Source of the DNA: Chiloscyllium plagiosum
Lineage: Eukaryota
NCBI RefSeq assembly: GCF_004010195.1
Contig: NC_057749.1
Coordinates: 8,185,451-8,249,450, forward strand
Reading direction: 5' to 3'
DNA: 64,000 nucleotides
This document shows positions 1 through 12,062 of the stretch, piece by piece. The notes under the pieces are model-generated. The model saw only the letters and a list, made by a program, of their open reading frames with translations. It made no database searches and was not told where the DNA came from. Numbering within the stretch: the first letter of the stretch is position 1; each line of letters begins with the position of its first letter. The position numbers and the translations under genes were made by a program.

Positions 1-265
1 TATAAAAGAGACCTAACGGGCAACCTTTTCATGCAGAGGGTGGTACGTATATGGAATGAGCTGCCAGAGGATGTGATAGAGGCTGGTACAATTGCAACAT
101 TTAAGAGGCATTTGGATGTGTATATGAATAGGAAGGGTTTGGAGGGATATGGGCCGGGTGCTGGCAGGCAGGACTGGATTGGTTGGGATATCTGGTCGGC
201 ATGGACGTGTTGGACCGAAGGGTCTGTTTCCATGCTGTACATCTCTATGACTCTATGACTCTATA
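1..265 (+). mobile_element. CR1-clade LINE 3' end (ORF2 C-terminus, 3' UTR, octamer tail)
   Basis: Translates QRVVRIWNELPEDVIEAGTIATFKRHLD, typical of the CR1 ORF2 end; finishes in a (ctctatga)n tail. Confidence 0.9.
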
Positions 266-295
266 AGGTCAGCCCACAGCCTCCAATACTTCAGG

Positions 296-508
296 GATCA
301 TAGAATCATAGAATTCCTGCAGCACAGAAAGAGGCCCTTAGGCCCATCAAGTCTGCAACAACCCTCCAAACAGCATCACACCCAGATCCAACCCTCTACG
401 CTATCCCTGTAACCCCGCATTTCACATGGTTAATCCACTGAGTCTGCATGTCCTTGGACACTATGGACAATTTAATGTGGCTTATCCACTGAACTTGCAC
501 ATCTTTGG
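296..508 (-). mobile_element. HE1/V-SINE-like SINE, 3' part
   Basis: Reverse complement matches the body and CR1-derived tail of the complete copy at 44698-45017. Confidence 0.8.
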
Positions 509-1749
509 TCAGAATGGGAAAATTAGAGAAGAAAGCAAAGCTCAGTTTGGAGATGGAGGAAGGGAAAATGAATTGCTTTTAAATAACAAAAAAAGCAGAA
601 AGGAATGCATGTGGTTTCAGTTTAAGATAACCATCAATGTATCGGTAGACAAGGCAAATCAGGTTAATCTGTTCACTCGACTATTGGAAAATACCGTTTT
701 CAGCACATTAACTCCAGCAGTTCCATGGGGTAATTGGAAGGTAAGAAAACCCACATTAAACACTGAGTTGAATAAATAATGTCAAAGCAGTCTTTTATTC
801 AATAGTCAGCACCTTGTGCAAGGAGTATTCACAACAAAGATAAATGGTACAATATCAGTTTTCTGCTTTAACATATTTAATAATTGCCACAGAGAGCTCA
901 GTGTTTACTGATGTGCTAAAGTCAGAAAAAAAAACAAAACCATCATTTATACCCAACTCAGATCCTTAAATACTGCACATGGATCACAGAGGACTTGACA
1001 CACAGTGGAAACTGGCTACTAATTTTAGCCACATTTTGTGTAAGAGTTTTTGCAGCATGATTTTTAAGAACTCTTCATCATTTGTACTGTCGCTCGATAC
1101 TTGACAAGCACTCTCTGTCTTTCAGTCCCAAATCAATGCAGGATATGGCAGCTTTTGCTGTGAAATGCCATGTAACACTGGATACGGCACCGCAAAAGGA
1201 CTCCAGGCACTTGGTGCTGGGGGAGAATGAAAGAGACAATACTTAATTTTTAATCTTGGCCATATTAAGGCCATTTTACAAAGCTAAACAAGGAAGGGCA
1301 TTGACTTTGTTGAATTGAGGAGCTGCTTTGGACAGAGTGCAGAAATCCTCACACAGACTTATACCAGTGTCTGAGCCTGCAGAGCAAATTACTATTGAAC
1401 TAGTATTGATTTCAGACCTCACTGAACTTAGATGGAAGGTGACAAGCTGGCTTAGGTTGAGAAAAAAATGTACAACAGGCTTGGACAGAGATGAAAAAAT
1501 TTCTCTGAGATATATGAACGCATTATGAGTTTATCACTACTGTGGAGATGAAAGACATTATCACCACAAGGATAAGTCTGCAATTAAAGAAATGGTATCC
1601 TTTTTTTGCCGACTTGTGGTATAATATGTCAAGTCTATTGCTAATAAAGTTACAATATATTACTGGGGATCATCACAATGTTTTCAGTGATTCTGCAGAA
1701 TGGTGTTTTAACATCGTTCCACTAATATTTGTGGGAAATTATTAAGATG

Positions 1750-2082
1750 ACGGATAACAGCACCGGAAAATGTTCTCAAAGATCCATCCCACCCTGGCAA
1801 TATTTTCCTACAACCTCTACCTTCAGGGAGAAGGTACAGAAGCCTGAACACACACACACCAGCCAGTTTCGAAACAGTTTCTACCCTACTGTTGTTAGAA
1901 TACTGAATGGACTCACAAACTCTAAACATTCACCCGTACGTGCATTTTTGTTTTTGCTGCGTTCACCTATTATTTACTTATCCATGTTACATAACTCTGT
2001 GATCTGCCTGTATTGCTCGCAAGACAAAGCTTTTCACTGTGCCTCGGTACATGTGACAATAAATTCAACTCAATTCAATTCA
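1750..2082 (+). mobile_element. Rex1/Babar-type LINE 3' end
   Basis: Frameshifted KDPSHPG..LQPLPSGRRYRSL..TSQFRNSFYPTVVRILN; 3' end cttttcactgt...gtgacaataaa followed by (ttcaa)n. Confidence 0.75.
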
Positions 2083-2367
2083 TTTTTTTTCCTCTTGCCC
2101 CCATATCATTTCCAGGCAGAGCTTTGAAGCATAGACTTGAATGCAGCTTAGCCTAACAGTTGGTTCATCTTGTTCGAAGCCCTTACAGCAACATCTAAAC
2201 AATCAGCTTCAACGGAATCCAAAAACCATCATTCCTACCCTATTCTTGTTGCCTCTGAGGTAGAGTTGTTCCTTGTGGCTCATTCCCAGAACCTCAGAGC
2301 TCACCTTCTTCCTGTACATTCCAGCTTCTTTTTTGTAACCCAAGCTTAGTATCACTGAAACAGCACT

Positions 2368-2925
2368 TGAATTAGTTTTGTTGTCACATGTACTCAAGTG
2401 AGGACAGTGAAAAGTTTACAAGTCGCCACATTGCCCGCCATCTTAGGTACAAAGGTACCTAGGTACAGATTCTTAAGAAGAAATTCTTCGGGGATAAAAG
2501 AATTAGAAAAATAAAGAAATAAGAAGTCCAGTAGTAAAGATCATAGGATCGGTAATAATAATGCAGGATAACAATCTTTCCAAACCAGTCCACGGCGGCA
2601 CCTAGCCTCGAGTAACCGAAAGAGAGACCACCACTGCCTCACCGCTGTCTGTGCTCGACCCAACAATGTGGGAGTCGCCACGCTATAGGCGTCATCTCTT
2701 TGCCACTGGGCCCACCTCACTGATGCCACTGAACCCACTCTTACCCCGCAGCCCGGAGTCCCTGGCACAGTTGCTGCTGCCACATCACCAATTACCAGAA
2801 GTCCCTGCTCCGGGCCTATAGTGAGTGTAAGCAGGAGTCCCTGCTCCGGGCCTATAGTGAGTGGAAGCAGGAGTCCCTGCTCCGGGCCTATAGTGAGTGG
2901 AAGCAGGAGTCCCTGGATCATCTTG
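2368..2925 (-). mobile_element. GC-rich putative non-autonomous element with a Rex/Babar-like 3' end
   Basis: Minus strand ends cttttcactgt...tacatgtgacaacaaa, like 2030-2063; CpG-rich body; no recognisable RT. Confidence 0.5.
2801..2915. repeat. 36-bp tandem repeat, about 3.2 copies
   Basis: gtccctgctccgggcctatagtgagtg(t/g)aagcagga at 2801, 2837 and 2873, plus a partial copy. Confidence 0.95.
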
Positions 2926-3220
2926 CAGATTCATCTCATCTTTTCCAACAAAGTGAGTGTCCTGACCGTGATACTTATCTATTACGGGTTTGGCTATTCT
3001 GTCCTGACTGCAACCATTTTTTACCGATGAGCTTCTGATCTGAATTAATTAATGTATGAATCATAAGTTTGACCACTGCAGTTTCAGCATTTTACACTTA
3101 ACGACTATAATCTTAATCATTATAGGCTTACTTATTAAAATCCTTTCCATTGGAGGCTTGACCACTATAACCTTGACCATTTAGGGTGTAGGTTTGCTTG
3201 CTGAGCTGTAGGTTTGATAT

Positions 3221-3260
3221 CCAGACGTTTCATTACCTGGCTAGGTAACATCATCAGTGG
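3221..3260 (-). ncRNA. Minimal hammerhead ribozyme motif (PLE-associated)
   Basis: Reverse complement reads cca CTGATGA t gttacc tagcca ggtaat GAAA cgtc tgg. Confidence 0.75.
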
Positions 3261-3914
3261 TGACTGCCAAGTGAAGCAAAGCTGTTGTCTCCTGCTTTCT
3301 ATTTATACGTTTGTCCTGGATGGGGTTCCTGGAGTTTGTGGTGATGTCACTTCCTGTTCGTTTTCTGAGGGGTTGATAGATGGTATCTAGATCTATGTGT
3401 TTGTTTATGGCTTTGTGGTTGGAGTGTCAGGCCTCTAGGAATTCTCTCGCATGTCTTTGCTTAGCCTGTCCCAGGATAGATGTGTTGTCCCAGTCGATGT
3501 GTTGGTTTTTTTCATCCGGGTGTAGGGCTACGAGGGAGAGAGGGTCGTGTCTTTTTATGGCTAGCTGGTGTTCGTGTATTCTGGTGGCTAACTTTCTGCC
3601 TGTTTGTCCCACGTAGTGTTTGTGGCAGTCCTTGCATGGAATTTTGTAGATGACGTTGGTTTTGTCCATGGGTTGTACTGGGTCTTTTAAGTTTGTTAGT
3701 TTTGTTTGAGAGTGTTGGTGGGTTTGTGTGCTACTAGGACTCCGAGGGCACTCCAACCACAACGCCATAAACAAATACATAGATCTAGATACCATCTATC
3801 AACCCCTCAGAAAGCAAACAGGAAATGACATCACCACAAACCCCAGGAACCACATCCAGGACAAACATATAAATAGAAAGCAGGAGACAACAGCTTCACT
3901 TCACTTGGAGATCA

Positions 3915-3954
3915 CCACTGATGATGTTACCTAGCCCGATAATGAAACGTCTGG
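3915..3954 (+). ncRNA. Minimal hammerhead ribozyme motif (PLE-associated)
   Basis: cca CTGATGA tgttacctagcccgataat GAAA cgtc tgg; helix II is weakened by substitution. Confidence 0.65.
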
Positions 3955-4155
3955 ATATCAAACCGACAGCTCAGCGAGCAAACCTCCACTCTAAACCTCA
4001 ACCTGAGCTGCAAACCTTCATAAACGTTGCAACAACCTTGACCATTTCAGGACTGACCAATATAATCTTGACCATTAGAGAATTAACTATTTAAATCTTA
4101 ACAATGTGAGGCACGACCTCTATAATGTCAACCATTACAAGTTTCACCAATAAAA

Positions 4156-4650
4156 TAGAACAAAGAACAAAAGAACAAAGAAAAGTTACAGCCCAGGAAC
4201 AGGCCCTTTGACCCACTAATCCTCAGCCAATCCAAATCCACTGTCTAAACCTGTGGCCCAATTCCTAAGCATCTGTATCCTGCTGCTCACCACCTACTCA
4301 TGCATCTGTCCAGATACACCTTAAATGAATCTACCATGCCTGCCTCTACTACCTCTGCTGGCAACGCGTTCCAGGCACCTACTACTCTCTGTGTAAAGTA
4401 CTTGCCACGTGTGTCCCCCTTAAACTTTTCACCTCTCATCTTGAAAGTGTGACCTCTCGTTATTGAATCCTTCACCCTGGGAAAAAGCTTATTCTATTTA
4501 CCCCGTCTATGTCCTTCATGATTTTGTAGACCTCAATCGGGCCCCCCCTCAATCTCCTTTTTTTTAATGAAAATAATCCTAACCTACTCAACTACTCTTC
4601 ACAGTTAGCACCTTCCATACCAGGCAACATCCTCATAAACCTTCTCTGCA
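4156..4650 (-). mobile_element. CR1 LINE 3' fragment
   Basis: ORF TRGHTFKMRGEKFKGDTRGKYFTQRVVGAWNALP; (ctttgttc)n-like tail. Confidence 0.9.
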
Positions 4651-5171
4651 CTTGACAATTAGTGATTTGGTCATTATAATGCTGACCATTAGAGAATTGA
4701 CTATTATAATTTTGACCACTATAGACTTAGCCATTGAGTTCTTCAACACATGACGCTTGATCATTATAACCTTGACCATTACAAGATTGTTTCTAAAAGA
4801 ATTGGCCATTAAATTCTTACCTATTATAACCTTAAAAATTACAAGTTTAGTTTATACAGTCTTGAACATCATATTCTTGACCATTATAATTTTGGCACAA
4901 CACCTAATTTAAGATAGCTCAGAATAGTTTAATTTAAGGCTGGACCAAAAGTTGTTTTAATAGTCATTGGATCATCTGCAATCTTGGGTGACATTACTAG
5001 CTCATCAGCTTACATTTAACTTTTAGCGCGTTTCGATGAGTAGGAACTTTCATCTTCTTTTGTTGGCTTTTAAGATGTTGAGAAAAGGATTAATGGTAGG
5101 ATAGACACCATTAGTTATAGGTCACTGCTCTCCTGTAAAAGGTTCATGCTCTCTTTCTTCCACTTTTACAG

Positions 5172-5298
5172 CAAATCACGGATGGCTGACTGTCCCAAAA
5201 AGGATGTCAAAGACGAGAGAAATGGAATGGTTAAGAGCATGAAGTCTCCATTTCAGATTGAGGAAACATTAAAAATTAAACCCTACATCCTGGATTAA
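5172..5298 (+). CDS. Candidate terminal exon, unidentified
   Basis: Acceptor ctctttcttccacttttacag; one frame reads KSRMADCPKKDVKDERNGMVKSMKSPFQIEETLKIKPYILD*; no homology recognised. Confidence 0.2.
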
Positions 5299-5814
5299 AT
5301 GTTGTATATATTCAGGGATTGTATTAGTTTTGAAGTAACTGTTCACCACTGTTTGGAATGATGAAGGTGACAAAATTTGGAACAAGTTTGCAAAACGCAG
5401 TACTAAATCTCACCACCTTGTTTGACAAACATCATCCACAAATCTCACTCTGTGCTTTTGATAATACAAGTAGGTTCTATTACCAAGTGGTTGTGACCTT
5501 GATCTGTATTTTCCAATCTCCCATTGACCTCATTTCTAGATGGGGAGGGATGGGTTAGACTTGTCTTGATGAGAATGGTATTAATTTAGGTGATCGCAGG
5601 TACATACAGGAAACCCATGGGAGGACCTGGATTGGCAGAGTTAGATTCTTTTAGTACCATAGAGATCCAGTAAATATAAATGGTGTGCCAAGATTAAGTT
5701 TAACAAGGTGGTGCAATGGGAAGTTTGGTAGCTCTTGCAGTGCAAGAAAGCCTAGGAAAAAGTCCCACCGGATCCTGAGGTGTGTCAACTGAACATGTTT
5801 ATTGAAAATTATAT

Positions 5815-5885
5815 TACAATGGTCAAGATCATAATGGCTATGCCTGTAATGGTCAAACTAATAATAAATGAGTCTGTAATGGTAT
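5815..5885. repeat. The same 15-bp array in inverted orientation
   Basis: caatggtcaagatca taatggctatgcctg taatggtcaaactaa is the reverse complement of ttgaccatta units. Confidence 0.6.
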
Positions 5886-5889
5886 GTCA

Positions 5890-6630
5890 TTCACTCATTC
5901 GATATGAGCATCACTGGCTGGGCAAGCATGTTTTGCCCATCCCTAGTTGCCCTTGAGAAGCTGGCAGTGAGCTGCCTTCTTGAATTGCTGCAGTCCACCT
6001 GCTGTGGGCTGACCTACAATGCCCTTAGGGAGGGCATTCCAGGATTGTGACCCAGTGACAGTGAAGGAACTGCATTATATTTCCAAGTCAGGATGTTCAG
6101 TGGCTTGGAGGAAGGGGTGGTGTTTCCATGTCCCTGTTACATTTGTCCTTCTAGTTGGAAGTGGTCATGGGTTTGCACGGTGCTGTCTAAGGAACTTTGG
6201 AGATTTTCTGCTGTGTGCCTTGTAGATGGTGCATGCTGCTGTTACTGAGTGTTGGTGGTGGCAGGAGTGGATGTTTGTGGTTGTGGTGCCAATCAAGCGA
6301 GCTGCTTTGTCCTGAATGGTGTTAAGCTTCTTGAGTGTTGGAGCTGCACTCATCCAGGAAACTGGGGAGTCTTCCAACACACTCCTGACTTGTGTCTTGT
6401 AGATGGTCAACAGGATTTGGGGAGTCAAGAGGTGAGTTACTCACTGGAGTATTCTTAGCTTCTGACCTGCTGTTGTAGCCACTGGATCTATAATGGCTGG
6501 TCCTAGTTTTCCTTCTGGTCAGTTTAACCCCCAGGATGTTAATACTGAGGATTCAGAAATGGAAGTCCATTGAATATGTCAGGGGATGGTGGTTATATTA
6601 TATTTTATTGGAAATGACAATATCCTGGGC
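5890..6630 (-). mobile_element. Second LINE family (CR1/L2 group, here LINE-B), 3' fragment
   Basis: ORF LLTIYKTQVRSVLEDSPVSWMSAAPTLKKLNTIQDKAARLIG; 3' end gggcaactagggatgggcaa. Confidence 0.8.
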
Positions 6631-6769
6631 AGTGTGAATATTTCTGGTCAAGTGTGTGTGGGTGATATTTTCCATAAGACATTAAAAGTCAGAACTGTAT
6701 GATTTAATCTAAAATTATCCACAATGTCTTTTAAAAGCTGATTATGATAGTTATTAACCAATCCAAGTT

Positions 6770-7090
6770 TCCAAGCAGCTCACCAAAGTTCCTTCTACAA
6801 CACACTGTAAACCTGTGACCTCTACCACCCATTAGGACATGGGCAGCAGAAACATAGGAACAGCATCACCACCAAGTCTCACACTATCCTGAGTTGGAAT
6901 TACATCATCATTCCTGCAGGATCACTGAGTCCAAAATCCTGGAAGCCCCTTCTGAACTGCTTTGTGAGTGAACCAACCTCAAATGGATGCAGGGGCAGAA
7001 ACAAGCAGGTCATCATCACTTTCTCTAAGGCAACTCCAGATGGGTAACAAACGTTGGCCAATGTAATGAACCCGAAATTAAATGAATGAG
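6770..7090 (+). mobile_element. LINE-B 3' fragment
   Basis: Similar to the reverse complement of 5890-6200 and to 63000-63400. Confidence 0.65.
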
Positions 7091-7114
7091 TAAAAAATTA
7101 ATGATTGTGCAAGT

Positions 7115-7420
7115 AATGTGGAGGTAGTGGTGCTGTCACTGGACTAGGGGTTCAGACCCCAGGTCCTAAACCTCTATGGACATGAGTTCAAATCTTATGA
7201 TGGCAAATGGTGACATTTGAATTCAACTAAAATATGGAATTAAAAACTAGTCTAATGATGACTGTTGATGCAGTGAAGTCGCATTTTGATCATTCGTATT
7301 ATCTTTAGGGAAGTAAGTGTGTTATCTGGGCTATATGTGACTTCAGGCAATGTGATTGACTCTTAATTTCCCTTTGAGGATGGTCAATCATTATTGGCCC
7401 AGCCAACAACTCCCCATATT
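7115..7420 (+). mobile_element. tRNA-derived SINE sharing its 3' end with LINE-B (SINE-B)
   Basis: Head gtagtggtgctgtcactggactag...gagttcaaatc; same body as 42760-43100. Confidence 0.65.
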
Positions 7421-8088
7421 TTATTGTAAATACCATTAATTAATTTGGAATTATCCTAAATCTACGGATGAAAATATTTGTGCAGTCACAATGTTTCTCT
7501 GTTGAAATGTCATTCTGCATTGTGTCAAATATCAGGATTTTGCCACATTGGTTAGGCTAAACTCTGTATATAATTCAGTGATTATTTTAGGCACAATCCT
7601 TACTTCTGAGTAGATCCAGCGAAAACAGTCAGTGCAGAGAAAAAAATAATTACTTTCTCTGAATAGGTGACCTAATGAGTCTAGCAAATAAATATCCCTG
7701 AAGGGTAAAGGAAATCAGTACTGAAACAGTCTTCAAAGATTCCTTGTCACTAATTATGGCTCATGACTAAGCATGAAACTGTCTAATTATTGTATGCTGT
7801 AATTCTCACATCTGTCTCAGCAGTTAGAGAGGCAAATTTCACCTGTTAGTTTGCTTTACAAATAATCAGTTGCAAAGCTTCACCCATTCCAGACAGAGTG
7901 TCCCAAAACCAGAGTTTGGTTCCTTCTGGCATAGAAAATAAGAACAGAAGTAGGCCATTCAGCCCTTCGGGTCTGCTCTGCCATTCAATAACTTGACCTC
8001 CTCTCAGGAAATAAGGCAAGGCAGCTGACTGAGGTGTCAGTGGCGGGTGGAGGGGGGGTATCATTGGGGCCTGTTACCATAATTCTAT

Positions 8089-8314
8089 CAACAAACATAT
8101 TGACTTGGATCTCATTTACCACTGAGAAAAAGAAAGAGAAACGACATCACCACAGGAAATAACATCGCCAGCCCAAGGAAGCCTAAACACAGAAATAAAA
8201 AGTGGGCCATACCATCAGTGCTTGACCGAAGGCTCACTGATGATGTTACCTAGTATGGTGATGAAAGGTCTGAAAAACGAACCTTCCAGCTCAACAAGCA
8301 AATTTACATCCAGA
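8089..8314 (+). mobile_element. Penelope-like 3' end inserted in CR1
   Basis: NSINKHIDLD motif shared with 3750-3800; TSD accataattctat at 8076-8088 and 8315-8327. Confidence 0.85.
8234..8273 (+). ncRNA. Minimal hammerhead ribozyme motif
   Basis: tca CTGATGA t gttacc tagtat ggtgat GAAA ggtc tga. Confidence 0.65.
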
Positions 8315-11272
8315 ACCATAATTCTATTAATTTTTAAATAGTGATTGAAAAGGACAGATCATATCTAAAAGGTTTAAGTTCTAAATTGGAGGAAGGCCAA
8401 TTTTGATGGCATTAGGCAAGAACTTTCTAAAGTTAGTTCGAGACGATGTTTGCAGGTGAAGGGATGGCTGGAAAATGGGAAGTCTTCAAAAATGAGATGA
8501 TGAGAGTGGAGTGACAGTATGTTCCTGGGAAGGTGAACAAAAGGCTGGCAGGTATAGGGAATGCTGGATAATGAGAAAAATTGAAGTTTTGGTCAAGAAA
8601 AAGAAGGAAGCATATGTCAGGTATGGGCAACAGAGATTGAGTGAATTCCTAGAAGAATATAAAGGCAGTAGGATTATACTAAAGAGGGATATCAGGAGAC
8701 AAAGGGGGACATGAAATAGTTTTGGCAAATAGGGTTAAGGAAAATCCAAAGGGACTCTGCGAATACATTAAGTACAAAAGGATAACTCAGGACAGAACAG
8801 AGCCACTTAAAGATCAGGAAGCTTGCCTACATGCAGAATGCAGGAGATGGGTGAAATACTAAGTGAGCATTTTGCATTAGTGTTCTGTGGAGAAGGATAT
8901 GGAAAAGACAGAACATGGGGAAATAGATAGTGAAGTCTTCAACAATGTCCATATTACACAGGAGGAGGTATTGGACATCTTAAAATGCATAAAGGTGGAT
9001 AAATCCCCTCAACATGACCGGGTGTACCCCAGAACTCTGTGGGAAGTGAGGGAAGAGATTACTGGCTCCTTGCTGAGATATTTGTATCATTGATACCTGT
9101 AGGTAAGATACTGGAAGGCTGGAAGTTGGCTAATGTGCCACTATTTAAGAAATATGGCAAGGAAAAGCCAGGGAACGGCAGACCAGTGAGCCTGACATCT
9201 GTAATGGGCAAGTTGTTGGAGGGAATCCTGATGGACAGGATTTACATGCATTTGGAAAAGCAAGGACAGTTTCAGGATAGTCAACATGGCTTTGTGTGTG
9301 GAAATACTCTCTCACTAACTTGACTTAGTTTTTTGAAGACGTAGTTAAGAGCATTGATGAGGGCAGCGTGGTGGATGTGATCTATGTGGCCTTCAGTAAG
9401 GCATTTGATAAGGCTCATTATGATAGACTGGTTAACAAGATTTGATCACACGTAATACAGGGCGAATTGCTTTTTGGTTACAGAACTGTCTCAAAGGTGG
9501 AAAAAAGGAGAGTGAGGTGGAGAGTTGCTTTTCAGACTAGAGGCCTATGACCAGTTGTGGGCCACAAGGATTGGTACTAGGTCCACTGCTTTTTGTCATT
9601 TATATAAAGATTTGGATGTGAAAATAGGAGGTATAGTTAGTAAGTTTGTAGATGACACAAAATTGGAGGTGTGGTGGACAGCGAACAAGGTTATTTCAGA
9701 GTACAATGGGATCTTAATCAAATGGGCCAATGGGCCGAAGAGTGGCAGATGGAATTTAATTTAGACAAATGTGAGGTGCTACATTTTGGAAAACAAATCA
9801 GAGCAGGACTTACATACTTAATGGTAAGATCCTGGAAAGAGTTCCTGAACAAAGAGACCTTGGAGTGCAGGTCCATAGTTCTTTGAAAGTAGAGTCTCAG
9901 GTAGATAGAATAATGAAGAAGTCATTTGATCTGCTTGCCCCTATTGGTCAATACATTGAGTACAGGAGCTACAATGTCATTTTGCAGCTGTACAGGACAT
10001 TGGTTTAACCATTTTTAGATTCTTGCATGAAATTCTGGTCTTCCTCCTATAGGGAGGATATTGTCAAACTTCAAAGGGTTCAGAAAAGATTTACAAAGAT
10101 GGAAAGTCTGAGCTATAGGGAGAGGCTGAAAAGGCTAGGGCTATTTTCTCTGGAGCGTCAGAGGGTGAGGAATGACCTTATACAGGTCTATAAAATCTTG
10201 AGGGGCATGGATAGGATAAAGGTCTTTTCCTGGGATGGGGGAGTTCAAAACTAGAAGCATAGGTTTAAGGTGAGAGAGAAAAGATACAAAAGGGACCTAA
10301 GGGGAATTATTTTCATGCAGAGAGTGGCGGGTGTATGGAATGAGCTGCCAGAAGAAGCAGTGGAGACTGGTACAACATTTAAAATACATTGGATGGGTAG
10401 ATGAATAGGAAGGGTTTAGAAGCATATGGGCCAAGTGCTGGCAAATAAGACTAGATTTATACAGGGTATTTGGTCACCATGGACGAGTTGGACCAAAGGG
10501 TCTGTTTCCATGCTATCCATCTCTATGACTCTAATTAACTTCTGAACCATAGAAATGTACTTGTCTCTTAAATGCCCTCTATGCTTGTACCAATTAAGGA
10601 TGGACAATAAATGTTGGTCTTGCTGGCATTCACTGAAAGAATTTTGAAAAATACAGTTGAAAATTATGCTTTGATGTAGCTGTGCAAGTTTATGCTATGC
10701 AGTCCTACCGATTTTGTGGTCTTAGCATTTGGCAAGATGTACAGTCTACCCTCTCAGAGTTGAAGGAATGATTCCTGAATGCTTTGTTCCAACCTACACT
10801 TCATCAGTTTTATCAGGCTTCAGTCATATCATAAGATGCTGAAAATGAGTCAGTCTGATCCATCATCTGTTGATGTATGAAAAGGGAGAGAGGATTCATA
10901 TAGGTCTAAATCAACCACTTGAATCAGCCCTAAACATTCTTTTGCTATCAAAGATCTTATGAAAATTGCAGTTCTGACACATAAGACTCACTTCCCGATG
11001 TTCTGAACCTTGACTACATTTTTCAATTTGCATTGTACAGTTTCAAGTCAACATTTGTTGCATAACTTTACAATGCTAACTTAAATTGCAGGCAGTACAA
11101 ACAAACTTAGCTTGTTTTGAACACTACTTGGGTTTTGAGTGAACTACCATCTGATGGGGTCAAATCTTCAAATTTAGATTCTGTTGTCTCCCAACTTTCT
11201 GTCGGGTATCAGTGTGCTATGGATCTCTCTAGGCATCTGAGTGGAAGTAGCAGCATTCACTAAGGTTAAGAT

Positions 11273-11525
11273 CTTAAGATATAGGAGCAGAATTAGGCCA
11301 TTAGGCCATCGAGTCTGCTCCACCATTCGATCATGGTTGATATGTTTCTCAACCCTATTCTATCATCCACAGATTCACCACCCTCCGGCTGAAGAAATTC
11401 TTCCTCTTTTTAGTCCTAAAGGGCTGTCCTTTCACTCTGAGGCTCTGCCCTTGGGTCCTCGCCTCTCCTACTAGTGGAAATATCTTCTCCATGTTCTATT
11501 TATCCAGACTTCTCAGTATTCTGTA
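11273..11525 (-). mobile_element. CR1 LINE 3' fragment, internally deleted
   Basis: CR1 3' UTR plus ORF2 end on the minus strand. Confidence 0.75.
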
Positions 11526-11798
11526 ATTACGGTCTAGAGGTATAAATAGTAACGATAGCACTCCAACTTATTTTTGATCACGTGGTTGACCAGGAATCTC
11601 TCCTCCTCTTGCTGACTGTTTCTGCGTGTGTTGAAAGGATTGACAGGCTGATGCCTAATCTGTTTGGCCGCAATATGCATATATTTTCCGAGGCCATCCA
11701 TTCCTGGGGTAGCATTGCAATTTCAGGTCTCCCCCACATTAAAGCTGACTAGTATCCATGGACAATTTACTGGGATTATAAAAGTAGGGAAGGAGGAG

Positions 11799-12062
11799 GG
11801 GTCTTGTGGTTTAATGATAGTGTCCTTACCTCCGTTCAAGTCTTATCTGCATCAGGGCTGTGCCGTAACTCGTGTGAACATTGTTTGATCACAAATAATG
11901 ATTGCTACTTCCACTCTTTTAAGAATGTGCTACTGTACCCATGATATTTAAAAGGGCTCTTGTGGTCCAGTGGTCATGACCCTAACTCTGAGCCAGGTTC
12001 AAAGCCCACCTGGTCTAGAGGCGTGTCATAACGTCTCTGGAGAGGGCGATTCTTTAAGAAAA
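11799..12062 (+). mobile_element. Two short tRNA-derived SINE copies (about 11799-11890 and 11954-12062)
   Basis: Both start ggg(t/c)tcttgtgg with A-box-like and gttcaa B-box-like motifs and resemble each other; a related copy lies near 5705-5810. Confidence 0.5.

Larger units (their letters stand above)
3183..4033. mobile_element. Penelope-like element, GIY-YIG end with an inverted duplicated terminus
   Basis: Minus ORF KTNVIYKIPCKDCHKHYVGQTGRKLATRIHEH (GIY-YIG); arms about 3183-3428 and 3750-3994 are inverted; TSD aaccttgaccattt at 3169-3182 and 4034-4047. Confidence 0.9.
3060..4895. repeat. Degenerate 15-bp tandem array, interrupted by PLE and CR1 insertions
   Basis: Units like ttgaccattataatc at 15-bp period in 3060-3182, 4034-4155 and 4651-4895. 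Confidence 0.75.
7992..10533 (+). mobile_element. Long decayed CR1 LINE (end of endonuclease, RT, 3' UTR)
   Basis: Frameshifted ORF2 pieces VDKSPQHDRVYPRTL, KEKPGNGRPVSLTSVMGKLLE, SKFVDDTKL, WQMEFNLDKCEVLHFG; ctctatga tail. Confidence 0.92.

Noticed and set aside
2801..2915. CRISPR-like 36-bp repeats; also CCTATAGTGAGT matches part of the reverse-complemented T7 promoter
   Set aside because: The units are directly adjacent with no spacers and no cas genes. The T7 match is only 12 nt, lacks CGTATTA and has no vector context.
3427..3795. GIY-YIG ORFs as homing endonucleases or bacterial/phage genes
   Set aside because: The context (inverted termini, hammerheads, related RT fragments, vertebrate SINEs) fits Penelope-like retroelements.
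3060..4895. 15-bp array as a pentapeptide-repeat gene (DHYNL or DYNGQ frames)
   Set aside because: It is interrupted by two retroelements, the ORF track shows no long frame in it, and no splice context is evident.
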